NCBI RefSeq assembly: GCF_009914755.1
Contig: NC_060933.1
Origin: the human T2T-CHM13v2.0 reference genome, Homo sapiens
Strand: one strand, 5' to 3'
Length of the DNA: 64,000 nt
Part shown: positions 32,935 to 54,462 of the stretch, piece after piece
Layout: each line of letters starts with the position of its first letter
Position numbering within the stretch: the stretch's first letter is position 1
Made by a program: the position numbers and the translations under genes
Notes under the pieces: generated by a model
Databases searched by the model: none
Told to the model about the DNA's origin: nothing
The model's input: only the letters and a program-made list of their open reading frames with translations

Positions 32935-33030
32935 CCACATGTGACATGGTGGGACATGCCGGAATCTTCCAGAGAGGTGGGCCACATGTGACATGGTGGG
33001 ACATGCCGGAATCTTCCAGAGAGGTGGGCC
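32935..33030. repeat. Perfect 47-bp tandem duplication
   Basis: CCACATGTGACATGGTGGGACATGCCGGAATCTTCCAGAGAGGTGGG at 32935 and 32982. Confidence 0.9.
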
Positions 33031-33217
33031 TCTGATGCAAGCAGACGGGTCTGCCCTGGATCTGCAGGCAGTGGACAGCTATGGGCATGTGGGAGCGGGA
33101 GAGGGGAAGGGAGCTTCCAGCTCTAGACACAGTGAGGGTGCCCAGCAGCCAGGGACCCAGGCTGGTGGTGGGGGAGTGTCACTGGGGCAGGTGTCAGGGC
33201 CTTAGCTCTGGGACAGC

Positions 33218-33448
33218 ATGTGTGTGTGTTAGAATGAGTGTAAAAGTATGAGAGGGAGTGCGAGAGTGTGTGTGTATGAGTGTGTATATGAATGTGAGTG
33301 TGTGAGTATTCGTGTGTGTGTATATGAGTGTGTGAGTGTATATGTGTGAGTGTGAGTGTATATGTGTGTGAGTGTGAATGTGTGTGAGAGTGTATATGTG
33401 AGTGTGCGTGTGTGAGTGAGTGTATAAGTGAGTGTGAGTGTGTGTGAG
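33218..33448. repeat. Degenerate (TG/TGAG/TATA)n low-complexity tract
   Basis: Imperfect GTGTGA/GTGTAT repeats. Confidence 0.85.
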
Positions 33449-34122
33449 ACTGTCCCTTGCACTAAGTGCCCTGCCCTCCACTTGAGGCACAACCCATGGG
33501 ACACCTCCAACCTCTCCAGGACCAGGGAATGGCCCAGCCAGGCCAGACTAGGAAATGATGGATGGAGGAGGGCCTGGGCTGCTCCTCTGAAAATCCACCC
33601 CCAGCCCTGGTCACTCTGGAACCCTGGAGCAGCATCTGAGCCCCTCCTCAAGGAGCCCAGTGGCTGGAGGGCAGCGTCCAGGGCCACCTGCCTACCTCTT
33701 ACTCAGGACCTGGTCTGTCCTCTCCCAGGATGGAGCTTGGGGTTCCTGAGCTTGGAGCTGCCTGTAATACCAGGCCCAGTGGCTCAGCCAAGGTCAGGTT
33801 CCAGACAGTGGCTGGGGTAGTGGCAGGAGAATGAAGGTCTAGACAATCACAGAGACTCTGGGAGGCCCAGAGAAAGTGGAAGCCAGAGAGGAACCCAAAG
33901 TCCCAGAAACTGCAAAGAATGCCAGGGAGAGGAGGAGAGAGAAAAAGGCCACGTAGCAGCCCTGAGCCCGAGAACATGTGCCACATTTTCTCTGTCTGTG
34001 GGTCTGTTGAGTTTGGCCCAAATGGCTCTGAGCTGACTCTGCAGCCACAAAAACTTAGGGCCTTGAAGGTCCCATCCAACGCATGAAGGACTCTCCCTGG
34101 GATGGAAGCAAAGAGGGAAAAA

Positions 34123-34521
34123 GGATTACAGGCACATGCCTATAATCCCAGCTACTTGGGAGGCTGAGGCAGGAGAATCACTTTAACCTGGAAGGCAGCG
34201 GTTGCGGTGAGCTGAGATCACGCCGTTGCACTCAATCCACCACACCCGGCCAATTTTGTATTTTTGGTAGAGACTTGGTTTCTCCATGTTGGTCAGGCTG
34301 GTCTCGAACTCCCGACCTTAGGTGATTCGCCTGCCTCAGCCTCCCAAAGTGCTGGGATTACAGGCATGAGCCACCGCACCCAGCCGATTTTTTGTATTTT
34401 TATTAGAGACAGGGTTTCGCTGTGTTGTCCAGGCTGGTCTCAAACTCCTGGCATCAGGTGATCCACCCGTCTCAGCCTTCCAAAGTACTGGGATTGCAGG
34501 CATGAGCCACCGCGCCTGGCC
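34123..34521. mobile_element. Rearranged Alu with an inverted right arm, plus an extra antisense left monomer
   Basis: Sense right-arm segment 34135-34233 abuts antisense left arm 34237-34386, then a second antisense left monomer to 34521. Confidence 0.8.
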
Positions 34522-36844
34522 CAGGCAGTGTTCTTTTCCCTATTTTGCAGATGAGAAGACCAAGGCTGAGAGAAATTTGTAGTCGGCCCAGAGCTATATA
34601 TACAGCAGGAAGCTGCGGGAATTGCGATTCAAACTTTCAGGCCTGCTGTCTCCCTGGGAATTCTGTTCTCACTGCCTCCATATAAAGAAATACACGTGCA
34701 GGAGGCAGCCCAGAGCACCCTCCTCTCCCTCCCAAAAACCCACACAGTGATCCTGGCCAGGCCCCCTGGGCCCAGGAGGAGCCGTGTCCCCATTAGGCAT
34801 CTCTGAGCTGTGCTTTCACATTGGGGTCCCCCCCACCAGGGCTGGTGGAACACAAAGGGGGGTGGCCAAGGCAGAGAAAGAGCCCGACAGGCCAGGAGCC
34901 GGCTTTTCTCCCTGCTTTCTTCCTCCCTTGCTTCTTTGTTAAGCTCCCTTTCAGCTGAACCGGCAGAGCCTGGGTGTTCCGAGCTGACAATAATTGCTGC
35001 GTCTAGACAGTGTCTGGTATGAGGCCTCCCTCTCCGCGCCTCACCGGCCTCCCCGAGGCTCCTATTCCCAGCCCCGCTGGCCCCTGCTCTGCGCCCTCTG
35101 TTTCCCACACCCCTGCCCCTATCTGGCTGCCCAGGGTGCCCTGTCCTGCCTCCCTGCTGCTCTAGGCCTCCCTCGAATTTTCAATCCTTGCATCTCTTCC
35201 TCCCTCCCCAGCCGCACCCCAGGCGCTGGCCCCATTCCCTCCCACGGCCTGAAATTCAGGGAACAAAGGTGGTTTTGCATCTGGCTGTGGCTGGGAGACC
35301 TTCGAAGGAGACTGAGCCAGGCAAACCCTCCCCTCCTGGCTCTTGGCCCCCTAGGAGCCAGAGACTCACATTGCTGGCTTCTGAGCTGAGCTGGGAAGTT
35401 CTGGGATTGATGCTTGAGACACCCTTAAGGCTCCTTCCCTCGTCTTCCTATCCGGCCTGGATGGGAACCCAGAGAAATCAACGCAGGAAAGACTTAGGAT
35501 AGATACAAGGAAGAACTTCCTGGTGACTCTGACCGGCAGACATGGATGGGATGGTTTCAAGAGCTTCAGGGGACAGGAATTCAGTCTTCACAAGGTCTAA
35601 GAGTTCCTCCTGCCAGGCTCAGATCTGCAGCTCTGGAAGATTCCCCAGAAGCCAGAGTCTCCTCACTGGTATCAGATGCTCAGGGTGACCCCGAGATAAT
35701 AACAACCACAGCCAGCATTTGCCCAGCCCTTGCACCAAGTGCTGTGCAAACTCTGCATGCATATCAATTGTTATAATCCTCTCCAGGGCCCTGAGAAACA
35801 GAGAAAATGAGCTTATGATTAGTTCCATTTTACAGATGAGGAAACTGAGGCACAGAGGGGTTAAGTAACTTGCCCAAAGTCACCCAGCCAGGAGAGGAGA
35901 AGCCAAGATTTGAAGCCACAGAGGTTGGCTCCAGAGCCCCAATAACGACCAATGATAGGAACACGAAATGCTTAAAATCATCTACCCGGGACTGGGATGA
36001 GCCCTTGGCGTCTGGTGTTTCCTTGCATCTCACAGGCTGTTAAGATCCAGGGTTATGCCCACTATCTAGATGAAAAGAGAAGAGCTTGGGGCTGCAGGCT
36101 GTGACCAGATGGTGACCTAACTCCATGTCAGAAAGGCCGAGCCATCCAGGCTACTGGGCTGCAAGTAAAAGGCTCACTGTGGAGCGGGAGCTCAATACAT
36201 GTGCGGGACCATTTCCCACTCCTTCCTTCTGGGCTTTCTTGGGCACCTCCTGCCCTGATCAAGCTGGGGGAGACAGAGGCCAATGTGTGGCTCTGTCCTC
36301 AGGAGACCATGGCCTAGAGGAGACTGGCAAAGCAGCCAGCTTCAATCTGGAGGAGGAATTGTGATGATGCAAGGGATATGGGACCTCTGGGAGCCAACAG
36401 GAGGGACCCTAAATCCAAGAAGGCTTCCTGGAGGAGGTGGAATCAACATGGCTTCCTGACAGATGAGTAAAAGTTAGGCGGGCCAAGAGGGGAGGGAAAA
36501 GTGCTCCAGGAAGAGGAAATCTACACATAAGAAGGTCTCAAAGTGGGAGAACAGGGTAATCTAGAAGAACTAGAGAAACTTAAGCAGCTGTGTCAGGTCA
36601 AACAGTGGGTGGGAATCACGAGGCTGGAGCCCAGCTGATCAGGAAGGCCGTCGAGTGCCAGGTTGAGAGCTGGGACTTATCCCCAGGCAGGGAGGCCTAT
36701 TGGGAGACTGCTCTGAGAGTCCAGGCAAGTGGGGCTGTGTTGACTGTGAGGATGTGGAATGGAGTGGGGCTGGAGGACTGGAGAGGCCCTCAAGAGTTGT
36801 AGAAAGAGGGTCTCCTCTGATGTGGAGCTGGCCTGCAAGTGTGA

Positions 36845-37534
<690 letters not shown>

Positions 37535-37768
37535 GTGGGCAGCCAGTTGTGTTCCGGGAGGAGGAGGACACCCTGGAAAGACAGTGGGGCCAGACACTGA
37601 ACTGCCTTTGGAAGCAAGTAGGAGCAACAGCGAAGGTTTGCTGGCTCAGGTAGGAGGATTAATTGGAACGATTAAGCTGGAAGCTCTGTAAGACGGATTA
37701 GAGGGGCAAACTTGGAGGCAGGAAGGCTGGGAGGAGACCACTGCTGAGTGATTTTTCTTCCCCCACAG

Positions 37769-37805
37769 GTTCCCAGTCCCTGATTTCTGGCCACTCCGCC
37801 TTTCT
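37769..37805 (+). ncRNA. Putative 37-nt micro-exon, or 5' extension of the FAM-containing exon
   Basis: Strong acceptor TTTTTCTTCCCCCACAG|G (AG 37767-37768) and donor TCT|GTGAGT at 37805/37806. Confidence 0.4.
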
Positions 37806-37809
37806 GTGA

Positions 37810-38182
<373 letters not shown>

Positions 38183-38457
38183 GTGAGCTCCCGCCTGCCA
38201 CCTCTGGGCCTGCATTGCGGTGATAGGGCCAAGGGCCTGGGCCTTCAATTCTCCAGACTTGCCAAAATGCTCAGCGCAGGCCTCGTCGGCAACTGCAGAC
38301 AAGCAGAGGCAGCACCTGGGCTCTGCCTGTGCCTGGCACAGTGAAGCGAGGGTGGGGGCAGGAATGAGGGTCCTCTCCATGCAAGGGGGGAAGATAGAAG
38401 AACAAAATTTCACCCTAATGTAGTGTCTTTAGACCGTGCAATGTTGTGCTCCTGTTA

Positions 38458-39039
<582 letters not shown>

Positions 39040-40471
39040 TTATGCATATGCATAAAGCAGACGAGGAAAGATTCTAAATAGGCTCTGAATCTCAGTTTTC
39101 TCATCTCTACAATGGGGCAGTGATGGCATGCACCTCCCAGGGCTGTTCTGAGAATCTGATGCCTCCCATTGCACTGGTGAGCCTGGCACAGGCACAGGTC
39201 CCACCCCAGGCCCTTTGAACTGGCTGTTCCTTTGGCCTGGAACATTCCTCCCCAGATACCTCCTGAGAGGGCTCCCTCACTTCCTTCAAGGCACTGCTCA
39301 AATGCTACCTCTTCACAGAGGCTTTCCCTGACCACCCCGTCTCTTTCCTTTTCCTGCATAGCCTCTGTCACCTGACATTTTATGTCATAAATTACTCATT
39401 TATTAATTTCCTGCTCTCCCACAGTGGCACCCGAGCTCTGTGAGGGCAAGACTTTGTTCGGTTGTGGGCTATGCCCCCAACCCCTCGGACAGTGCCTGCA
39501 CAGGTGGACATTTTTGTTGGATGAAGGATTTTCTGTTAAATGTGTCTGGCACACACAGAAAAACAAAGCCCAGCAGGTACGATGGTGATTATTATTGTTA
39601 CTGGTGGCGCTCTATTATTGTTATTAGTGTCTGTTGAAAAAGACCCTGAGCTATACCAGCCCTTGGTTCTCCAGCCTGTGAAATGGGCATCCTGGGCACT
39701 GAGGCACTAGCCTTGGGAAGCTGATAGGGGGTCCCTGCAGGAGAGACAAAGAACACTGCCCACCCCCCCGGGGGAGCCTGCGCCCCTCACCGGAAAGAGA
39801 AGCAGGGGGGAGCAGAGGGAGCTTGCAGCCCCACACGCAGGGCTGCCAGAAGGCCATACATAATTCATTGCCAAATGGGGCTGCGGGCGGCTCTCCGCGG
39901 CGTGCGCTGGGGGCTCACTCTGCGCCTGGCACTTCGCTGACTGCGCCTCACACGTTGCCTCATTGCATCTTCATGGATTTGCAGGGTGTGACCCTTCCCC
40001 CTGTTTTACCCAGGGGGATCCTGAGGCTCAGAGGATGGGGCCACCGTGCTAGTCACACAGCCTCTCTGTGGCCAAGCTGGGCCTCGGGCCAGCAGATTCG
40101 GCCCCCAGCGGCCCCCATTCACTGCCTCTCTGCTGAGGGAAAAGACGGGCCTGGGGAGCGGGTGGGAGGCACAAAGGAGACCCCGCTCTGAGACAGGCTG
40201 CAGAAGAGGGAGCTGGGTCTCAGCAGGGCTGGGGAAGGCTCTGGCCCCAGCCCTCCGCCCAACCCCCTGCCCTCCTCTCCTGGAGGAGATGCTCCCCAAA
40301 TTAGCCATCATGAGCGCTGGCTCTGGGGGTTGGGCGTTGGGGAGCAGTTTGCTCAGCTGTAAAATGGGAATAACAGAAGCCGTCCCTGGGACTATGAGAT
40401 CAAGGTGCTCAAGAAAAGTGGTGTCTGCTGAGGGGAAAAGCCAGTCCCAAAAGGTTGCATACTCTCATTCT

Positions 40472-43350
<2,879 letters not shown>

Positions 43351-44039
43351 GGAAGCAAAGTGCCCAGCTGGGATGGTGGTTTCAGAGGCCACAGTGGGAG
43401 CTTCCCAGAGAAGGGATGATTGAGCTAAGTCTAAGCAAAAGGGGTGGTCAGGGCAGCAGCTGCTCCAAAACAGGGGCTGGGGGCTTATGTGGAGAGAGAA
43501 GACATGGAGAGACCATGCCCAGAAGGAGGCGGCGGCTTCAGTGAACAGTGCAGGGGAGCAGGTCCGAGGAGGCCGCCTACCAGGGGAAGGAGTCTCATCT
43601 CCATCCTAGACAAAAAAAGGATCTTTTGAGATGCATTAAGCAGGGGAGTCACAGATTGGATTTGTGTTTTGAGAATCTCCTGCTTACCTAGAGAAGAAGG
43701 GCATCTCCTGGGCCCTCACTGTTGCCTTAAATGATTTTTATTGTGTATTACTTAAACATGTGCAAGCATAAAATGAGATATAAACTCCTTGTAGCTCTTA
43801 TACAAGCATCAGACCAAGACAAATTGACCCATCACGTACAAAATCGATTCAAATCAGATTAATTTTATGTGACATGTTATTATGCCTTTTGTCTGAAACC
43901 CTGCCACCACCCACAGTGCAATTATGGCCCAACCACTGTGGTGTTCTGAATTTGTGGGACAGAGAATATTGGCCTTTTAAACACGTGCATGCATGCATTT
44001 GCGTGTGCGCACACACACACATCCCAAATGATTTTTTCC

Positions 44040-45770
44040 CACTATATATGAAGAACTCCTACAAACCAAAAAGAAAAAGGCAGACAATTCAAGAGAAAAA
44101 TGGGGGAGGGCTTGCATTAAAGTACTTCATAACAAGAGTACTTAGGAGGCCAACAAATACACGAAAAGCTGCTAGCTTCATGACTCATGGGGGTGGCTTG
44201 GTCAGTTCAGGATACTGTAACAAAATACCTTAGACTGGGAAATTTATAAACAACGGAATTTATTGCTCACAGTTCTGGAGGCTGGGAAGTCCAAGATCAA
44301 GGCAGCAGTAGATCCGGTGCCTGAGCCCGTTCCCTGCTTCAAACATGGCACCTTCTTGCTGTATCCTCACATGGTGGAAGGGGGAAGACAGTTCTCTGGG
44401 GCCTCTTTTATAAGGGCAGTTATCCAATTCACAAGGATAGAGCCCTCATGACCTAATCACCTTTCAAAGATCCCCATCTTCTAACACCTTCTAACACCAT
44501 CACCTTGGTGATTAGGTCTTTTTGTTGTTGTTGTTGTTGAGATGGACTCTCACTCTGTTGCCTAGGCTGGAGTGCAGTGGCGTAATCTTGGTTCACTGCA
44601 ACCTCTGCCTCCCGGGCTGAAGTGATTATCCTGTCTCAGCCTCCCAAGTGGCTGGGATTACAGGCGTGTGCCACCATGCCCAGCTAATTTTCATATTTTT
44701 AGTAGAGACAGGGTTTCACCATGTTGGTCAGGCTGGTCTCGAACTCCTGACCTCATGATCCGCCCACTTCGTCCTCCCAAAATGCTGGGATTACAGGCAT
44801 GAGCCACTGCACCCAGCGGATTAAGTCTTAACGTATGAGTTTTTGGGAGAAACTCAAACATTCGGACAATAGCAAGGAGAATACAAAACCACAGTGAGCT
44901 ACCGCTTCAGACACCAGAGAAGTTTAAGTGAAAAAGACTGGCAATACCAAGTGCTGATGAGGATATGGAGCAACCAGAACTCTCAGGACATTGCTGATGG
45001 GAATCTAAATTAGTATAACCACCACGAAAGCATCCGTAAGGTTTAATTGTGTTGAACACACCCTGCCCTCTGACCAAGCATTTCCACTCCTGGGCATACA
45101 GGCAAAAGAAATGCATCCACGTGTTCATCAAAAGATGTAACCTGTGCCAGGTGAGGTGGTTCATGCCTGTAATCCCAGCACATCGGGAGGCCAAGGAGGG
45201 AGGATTGCTTGAGCCCAGAAGTTCGAGAGCAGCCTAGGCAACAAGGCAAAACCTCGTCTCTACTAAAAAGTAGCCAGGCATGATGGTATATGCCTGTAGT
45301 CCCAGCTACTCAGGAGGCCAAGGCATGCAGATTGATTGAACCCGGAAGGTGGAGGCTACAGTGAATTGTGATCTCGCCACTGCACTCCAGCCTGGGTGAC
45401 AGAGCAAGATCTTGTCTCAATTAAAAAAAAAGGAAGAAAGAAAGACATAACCTGGAATATTCACACCAACACTATTCAGGATAGCCCTAAACTGGAAAGA
45501 ATCTGAATATCCTCCGGCTTTAGAACAGAGAGAAATTATAGACTATTCATTCATACAGGGGATGACTGATCAGCTTTAAGAATAAACAAACCGTACACAA
45601 CAATATAGATGAATCTACAACCTTAATGTGCAAAATAGTTCACATATATAAAGGACAAAAACAGGCAAAACTACTCCATGGTGTTAGAAATAGGGGTAGA
45701 GGTTACCCTCATGCGGCAGGAGGGTTAGTGATAGGGGATTTGGAAGAGGAGGAGCCCAATGGACTGAACA
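44040..45770 (+). mobile_element. Ancient L1M fragments split by the MLT1 and an Alu (45143-45432)
   Basis: CAATACCAAGTGCTGATGAGGATATGGAGCAACCAGAACTCTC and related motifs from the L1 ORF2 end / 3' UTR. Confidence 0.65.
44194..44874 (-). mobile_element. MLT1A-like MaLR LTR interrupted by an Alu (44519-44818)
   Basis: AATTTATTGCTCACAGTTCTGGAGGCTGGGAAGTCCAAGATCAAGG; Alu TSD GATTAGGTCTT/GATTAAGTCTT. Confidence 0.8.
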
Positions 45771-46991
45771 GCTGAGCTGGAAACAGCAATTTGTTCCTTA
45801 AAGTTCTGAACCCAACTGTTATCCAGCATGGAGTCTGTCTGGAGAGGCCAGATGTGGGGCCTCTCACAGGGGAATGAGAAGTGCCTCTCAGGGTCCCACC
45901 CATGATCCCCCTTTCCTTGCCCACACAACCACCAACTGGCAAGTAGTAACCCAGGACCTGTAGCCCCCACTGGCTTGACACAGAGCATAATGCAAGCTTT
46001 TCCTGCTCCAGGTCCTGGACACCACTTTGCCCTTTGCCCCACACGTACAGCCCCCTGACCAAAAGCTGGGTACTCTGGCTTGACTAGAGGGAGCTAGACT
46101 CCAGGAATAAGTAAGGAGCTGGGCTTCCACGCTAGAGAACAAGAGCTTCTCTGGGGAAAGGGGCTTCCCATGAAGCCCTGGGGCACTGGGAGATTAATGG
46201 GCAGACCTCTGGCCTCAGCTTCCAGGGAAGGGGAGGGTGTGGGCCAACATGCGGTGGCTACACTGACCACAAGCCGATGACCCCAGCCAGCCTCAGGATG
46301 TCTCAGCTCTAGGCATGGTTTTTCGTTTTGTTTTGTCGTGTTTTGTTTTTGAGATGGAACCTCGCTCTGTCGCCTAGGCTGGAGTGAAGTGGCACCATCT
46401 CGTCTCCCTGCAACCTCCACCTCCTGGGTTCAAGCGATTCTCCTGCCTCAGCCTCCTGAGTAGCTGAGATTACATGTGCGTGCCACCTTGCCCAGCTAAT
46501 TTTTGTATTTTTAGTAGAGATAGGGTTTCATCATGTTAGCTAGGCTGGTCTCAAACTCCTGACCTCAAGTGATCTGCCTGCCTCAGCCTCCCAAAGTGCA
46601 AGGATTACAGGCATGAGCCACCATGCCCGGCATAGGCATGGTTTTGACAATCTGTCTCTTTGTGCCCTGGCTCCTTCTCCAACTCCTCTTTGGAGGAGGC
46701 ACAGGAGGAGGGGTCATTTCACTGTTCCTGAAAAGTAGACATATAACCTACATGCAACTGCCAGGTGATAAGGGCCCCATCTGTCTGGCATGACGTTGGA
46801 GGTCCACAAAGGCTGATTAGATGAATGCTCAGCTCTGGGGCCTCCCCACAGAGCTCACAGACAGGCGTGAAGGAAAGCAGGACTCTTATTAGAATATGTT
46901 CAGAGTTTTCACTGAAGAAGCCTCCTGTGTGGGCCAGGCACTGTGCTCAGTGCTTTGATTCACAGTCTCATTTAATTCTCACCATTTACAG

Positions 46992-48210
<1,219 letters not shown>

Positions 48211-48338
48211 TAATTTTTTTCCTGTCTTCTTCTCTCTCTTTTCTCCTCTGAAATGCCAATTAAATATATGTTAGACTGCTTTATCCTGCCCCACAACTTA
48301 CTGAGGCGAAATTTTTCAATCACTTCTCTTTGTGCTTC

Positions 48339-49914
48339 TGATGACACTGGTGGCCCATCTGGAGTGGCTGCTGCCATCACACCAGCTGCAGGGGGAGGTG
48401 CAGCCAGGGCTGCACATTCCATGGAGCCAGCAGGAACTGCAGACAGGTGGGAGCACCACCTCTTCTGAGCTAGTGGGGCAGGAGCTCCCTGGATGCAGCC
48501 GCAGCCACCCAAGTTATGCCTGTGGACCCGGGCCTCCCACTGCATGAAGCAGGCAGAAACCCCACCCCACTAGGCACAGCTGCCACCCAAGTTGTGGCTG
48601 CAGACCCAGGGCTCCCTGGGCTCCTGCTAGGGGCAGGAGCAGGCAGAAGCCCTGCCCTTCCAGGCGCAGCTGCAGCCACCCACATTACAGCTGCAGACCA
48701 AAGCCTCCCAATCCATGGAGCAGGCAGAAGCCTTGTGCACCCCACTCTGCCCCGTGCAGCTGCAGGGCCCAAACATGAGCAGGTCAGTGCTGACACGCCA
48801 GCCCCCAGCCACTTCGGCCCCCTCCAGACTTTGGGCACCAACGAGCACAGGAGGGAAGCTGATGGGGGCTGAGGGCAGCTCAGCACTGGCCTGCAGGTGC
48901 CCCTTGGCACCTACAGCCTGGGTGCCATGAATGGCAGCAGGAGGCAGACAGCTTCCTGGGCAGAAGGGGGTGGGTCTCTGGTGAGGTCCCACCTTCAGGC
49001 CAGGGAAGGCCTGAAGGCTGGGGGCCAGACTGCCAGTCCTGCAGACTGAAGTGGGAAACTTGTGGTGCCTTTTCTGGGCCTGCCCATGGCCGCCTATGGA
49101 CCAATTGGCGTGTACTTCCTCCCCTCTGAGGCCCATAAAAGCCCCAGGCTCAGCCAGAGCTGAGCAGAGGTCAGGAAGGCCAGCTGCAGAGAGGAGCTAC
49201 CCACTCCAGGGCCTCCTCTCTGCTGAAAGCTGCAGAGATGACGAGAGGACCAGCCTGCAGAGAGGAGCTACCCACTCCAGGGCCTCCTCTGAGCTATTCT
49301 GTTACTCAGTAAAGCTCCTTTCGCCTTGCTGCCCCTCCACTTAATTCTTCCTAGACACAGGACAAGAACTTGGGACCAGCCAAATGGTAAGGCTGAAAGA
49401 GCTGTAACACAAACAAGGCTGAAATACATCCATTGTGAGTGAAGAGAAGTAGAGAAGAGCCACAGCCCTTCAGGGAGCCCAGACCTGAGAACTCCCCAAG
49501 CCAGGGCTGTGACCCCCTCTTTGGGGCCCTGCAGTTCCCAGAGTCTCCAAGCTTCTGGGCACCACCATGTTCCCCAGTGGCAGCCTTGAAAGATGCTTGC
49601 AGTGTGTCTGATCCAGTCACAGCCTCACAGAGAGCCAGCACTGATGCTGGCACCTGGAGCTGTCCACCCTGCTGCAGCAGCTGGTATGCCTGTGTGCAGT
49701 GGCCAGACCCCATGTTTGTTTGCTCACACACCCCTGGCCACTCCACACCTGGCTCGCCCTTGGCAGACATGAGATCCAGGCTGGTAGAGTGAGCTGAGTG
49801 CAACCAGGCCAAGTGGGTGGAACGAGCCTAGTGGGCCTGAGCAAATCTCAGGCAAAGGTGCCACAGTCCAGAGGTTTCCAGCTAAAAAAGTGACACCCCA
49901 AGGATCCTGCAACA
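48339..49914 (+). mobile_element. ERV1-class solo LTR, MER52-like, ~1.58 kb
   Basis: TG...CA termini (TGATGACACTGGTGGCCC ... GGATCCTGCAACA); near-matching 4-bp flanks CTTC/CTTT; CCAAT 49101-49105; CATAAAA 49134-49140; AGTAAA 49308-49313. Family assigned from memory. Confidence 0.75.
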
Positions 49915-50674
49915 CTTTATGTAGATAATTTCTACCGACCTGTCTTTACATTTATTGGCCCTCTTAAAATTGGGTCTAATATGCTATTTTTTTTTTAGAC
50001 AAGCTCTCACTTGGTCACCCAGACTAGAGTATAGTGACATGATCACAGCTCACTGCAGGCTCAAACTCCTGAGCTTAAGCGATCCTCCTGCCTCAGCCTC
50101 CCAGGTAGCTGGGACTGTGGATACATGCCATCATGCCCAGCTTATTTTTGCATTTTTTGTAGAGATGGGGTTTTGCCATGTTGCCCAGGCTGGTCTTGAA
50201 CTCCTGGTCTCAATAATCCTCCTGCCTTGGCTTAGTGCTGGGATTATAGATATAAGCCATTGTGCTCAGACAAGTCTAACAGGCTTTAGTCCCATCAAAT
50301 GAATATTCAATTTCAGACATTGTATTTTTTAGCTTAAAATTTAATCTGATTCTCTCTTTTTAAAAAATAGTTGCCGTATCTCCCCCCCACACACCTTTTT
50401 TTTGAGACAGAGTCTCATTCTGTTGCCCAGGGTATGCAGTGGCATGATCCTGGCTCACTGCAACATCCGTCTCCTGTGTTCAAGCGATTCTCTTGCCTCA
50501 GCCTCCCTCCTACAACTACAGGTGCATACCACCACTCCTGACTAATTTTTTGTATTTTTGGTAGAGACAGGGCATGTTGGCCAGGCTGGTCTCTAACTCC
50601 TGGCCTCAAGTGATCCACCTGCCTCAGCCTCCCAATGTGTTGAGATTACAGGCATGAGCCACCATGCACAACCT

Positions 50675-51953
<1,279 letters not shown>

Positions 51954-52217
51954 CTCCGGAAATTTCTCTTGTTTTTGTCCACTATGATTGCCTTTGCTTT
52001 TCCTTATAGATGAATTTTACTTTGCTACTTTTTTCTTCTTCTTTCTTTCCTTCTTTCTTTCTCTTCTTCTTTCTTTTTTTTCTTTCTTTCTTTCTCTCTC
52101 ACTCTCTCTCTTTCTCTTTCTTTTCTTTTCTTCATCCAGTGATGCAATTATAGCTCACTGCAGCCTCAAACTCCCGGGCTCAAGCAATCTTCCTGCCCCA
52201 GCCTCCCAAGTAGCTAG

Positions 52218-52497
<280 letters not shown>

Positions 52498-53320
52498 TGA
52501 TCTGCCCGCCTCAGCCTCCCAAAGTGCTGGGATTACAGGTGTGAGCCACCGCACCTGGCCTCAGCTAATTTTTTAATTTGTTTGCAGAGATGGGGTCTCA
52601 CTATGTTGCCCAGGCTTGTCTTGAACTCCTGGCTTCAACCAATCTTTCCACCTTGGCCTCCCAAAATGCTGGGATTATAGGCATGAGCCACTGTGCCCAG
52701 TCTTCTTGTAGATTATAATAAAGAAATGTATTATAATGATTTAAAGTCTGCTTATGAATTCCAAAATCTGCACCTGTTTCTATTTTTTAAAATCTTAATT
52801 ATGTGTCTCACTTTTCTGTTTCCTTACATATCTAGTAATTTGCTATTTTATGCTGGACATTGTAAATAATACAGTATAGAGATTCTGGATTGTGTTGTCT
52901 TTCTCTGAAGAATTTTGCATATTGCTCTGTTTAGTTGCTGACCATTCACCTTGATTTGGTGGAGTCTCAATTTGAAACTGTGTTGGGGTAGGTTTGTTTT
53001 AGTGCTTCTTCCTAAGTCATGATCTCCCAGGATCTCAATGAAAAAGCCTGGAGTGTTTACCAAGCCCCACTAACTTGGTGAGATTTGAACAGGGAAATCC
53101 GTCTCCCAAATATCAAGCAGCTACAGGAACCTATGCTCCCCTCTTTTAGTCTTCCATCTGTGTCTTCCCCTAGGCTTCTTGGAGTCATGCTCCATGCCAG
53201 AGTCAGCCAAAGATTTAAGGGGAGTTTTCTCCCTCTGTGGCTCTCTTTTCTGGGATATTTTTTTTCCCTCTCAATTTCCAGTTGCTCTGGAAGCCCTCAA
53301 CTCCAACTATGTAGTCTTGA

Positions 53321-53746
<426 letters not shown>

Positions 53747-53963
53747 CTACCAGCAAGTCTGCTTTGTAAATCACTACACCATACTACCTAAGACTTAGAA
53801 CTTAGGGCTCATATTCCGTCTGGTTTTAGACTTGACGTTGGAAGTGATATGACTTAGTGGAAAGTACAGGCCCTTTTGTTGGGGTCTGGAGCCAGCCAAC
53901 CCTGATATTGAGCCTTTACCGTGACCCTTCACTGTGTGACCCTGGGCAAGCCCCTTTACCTCA

Positions 53964-54462
<499 letters not shown>

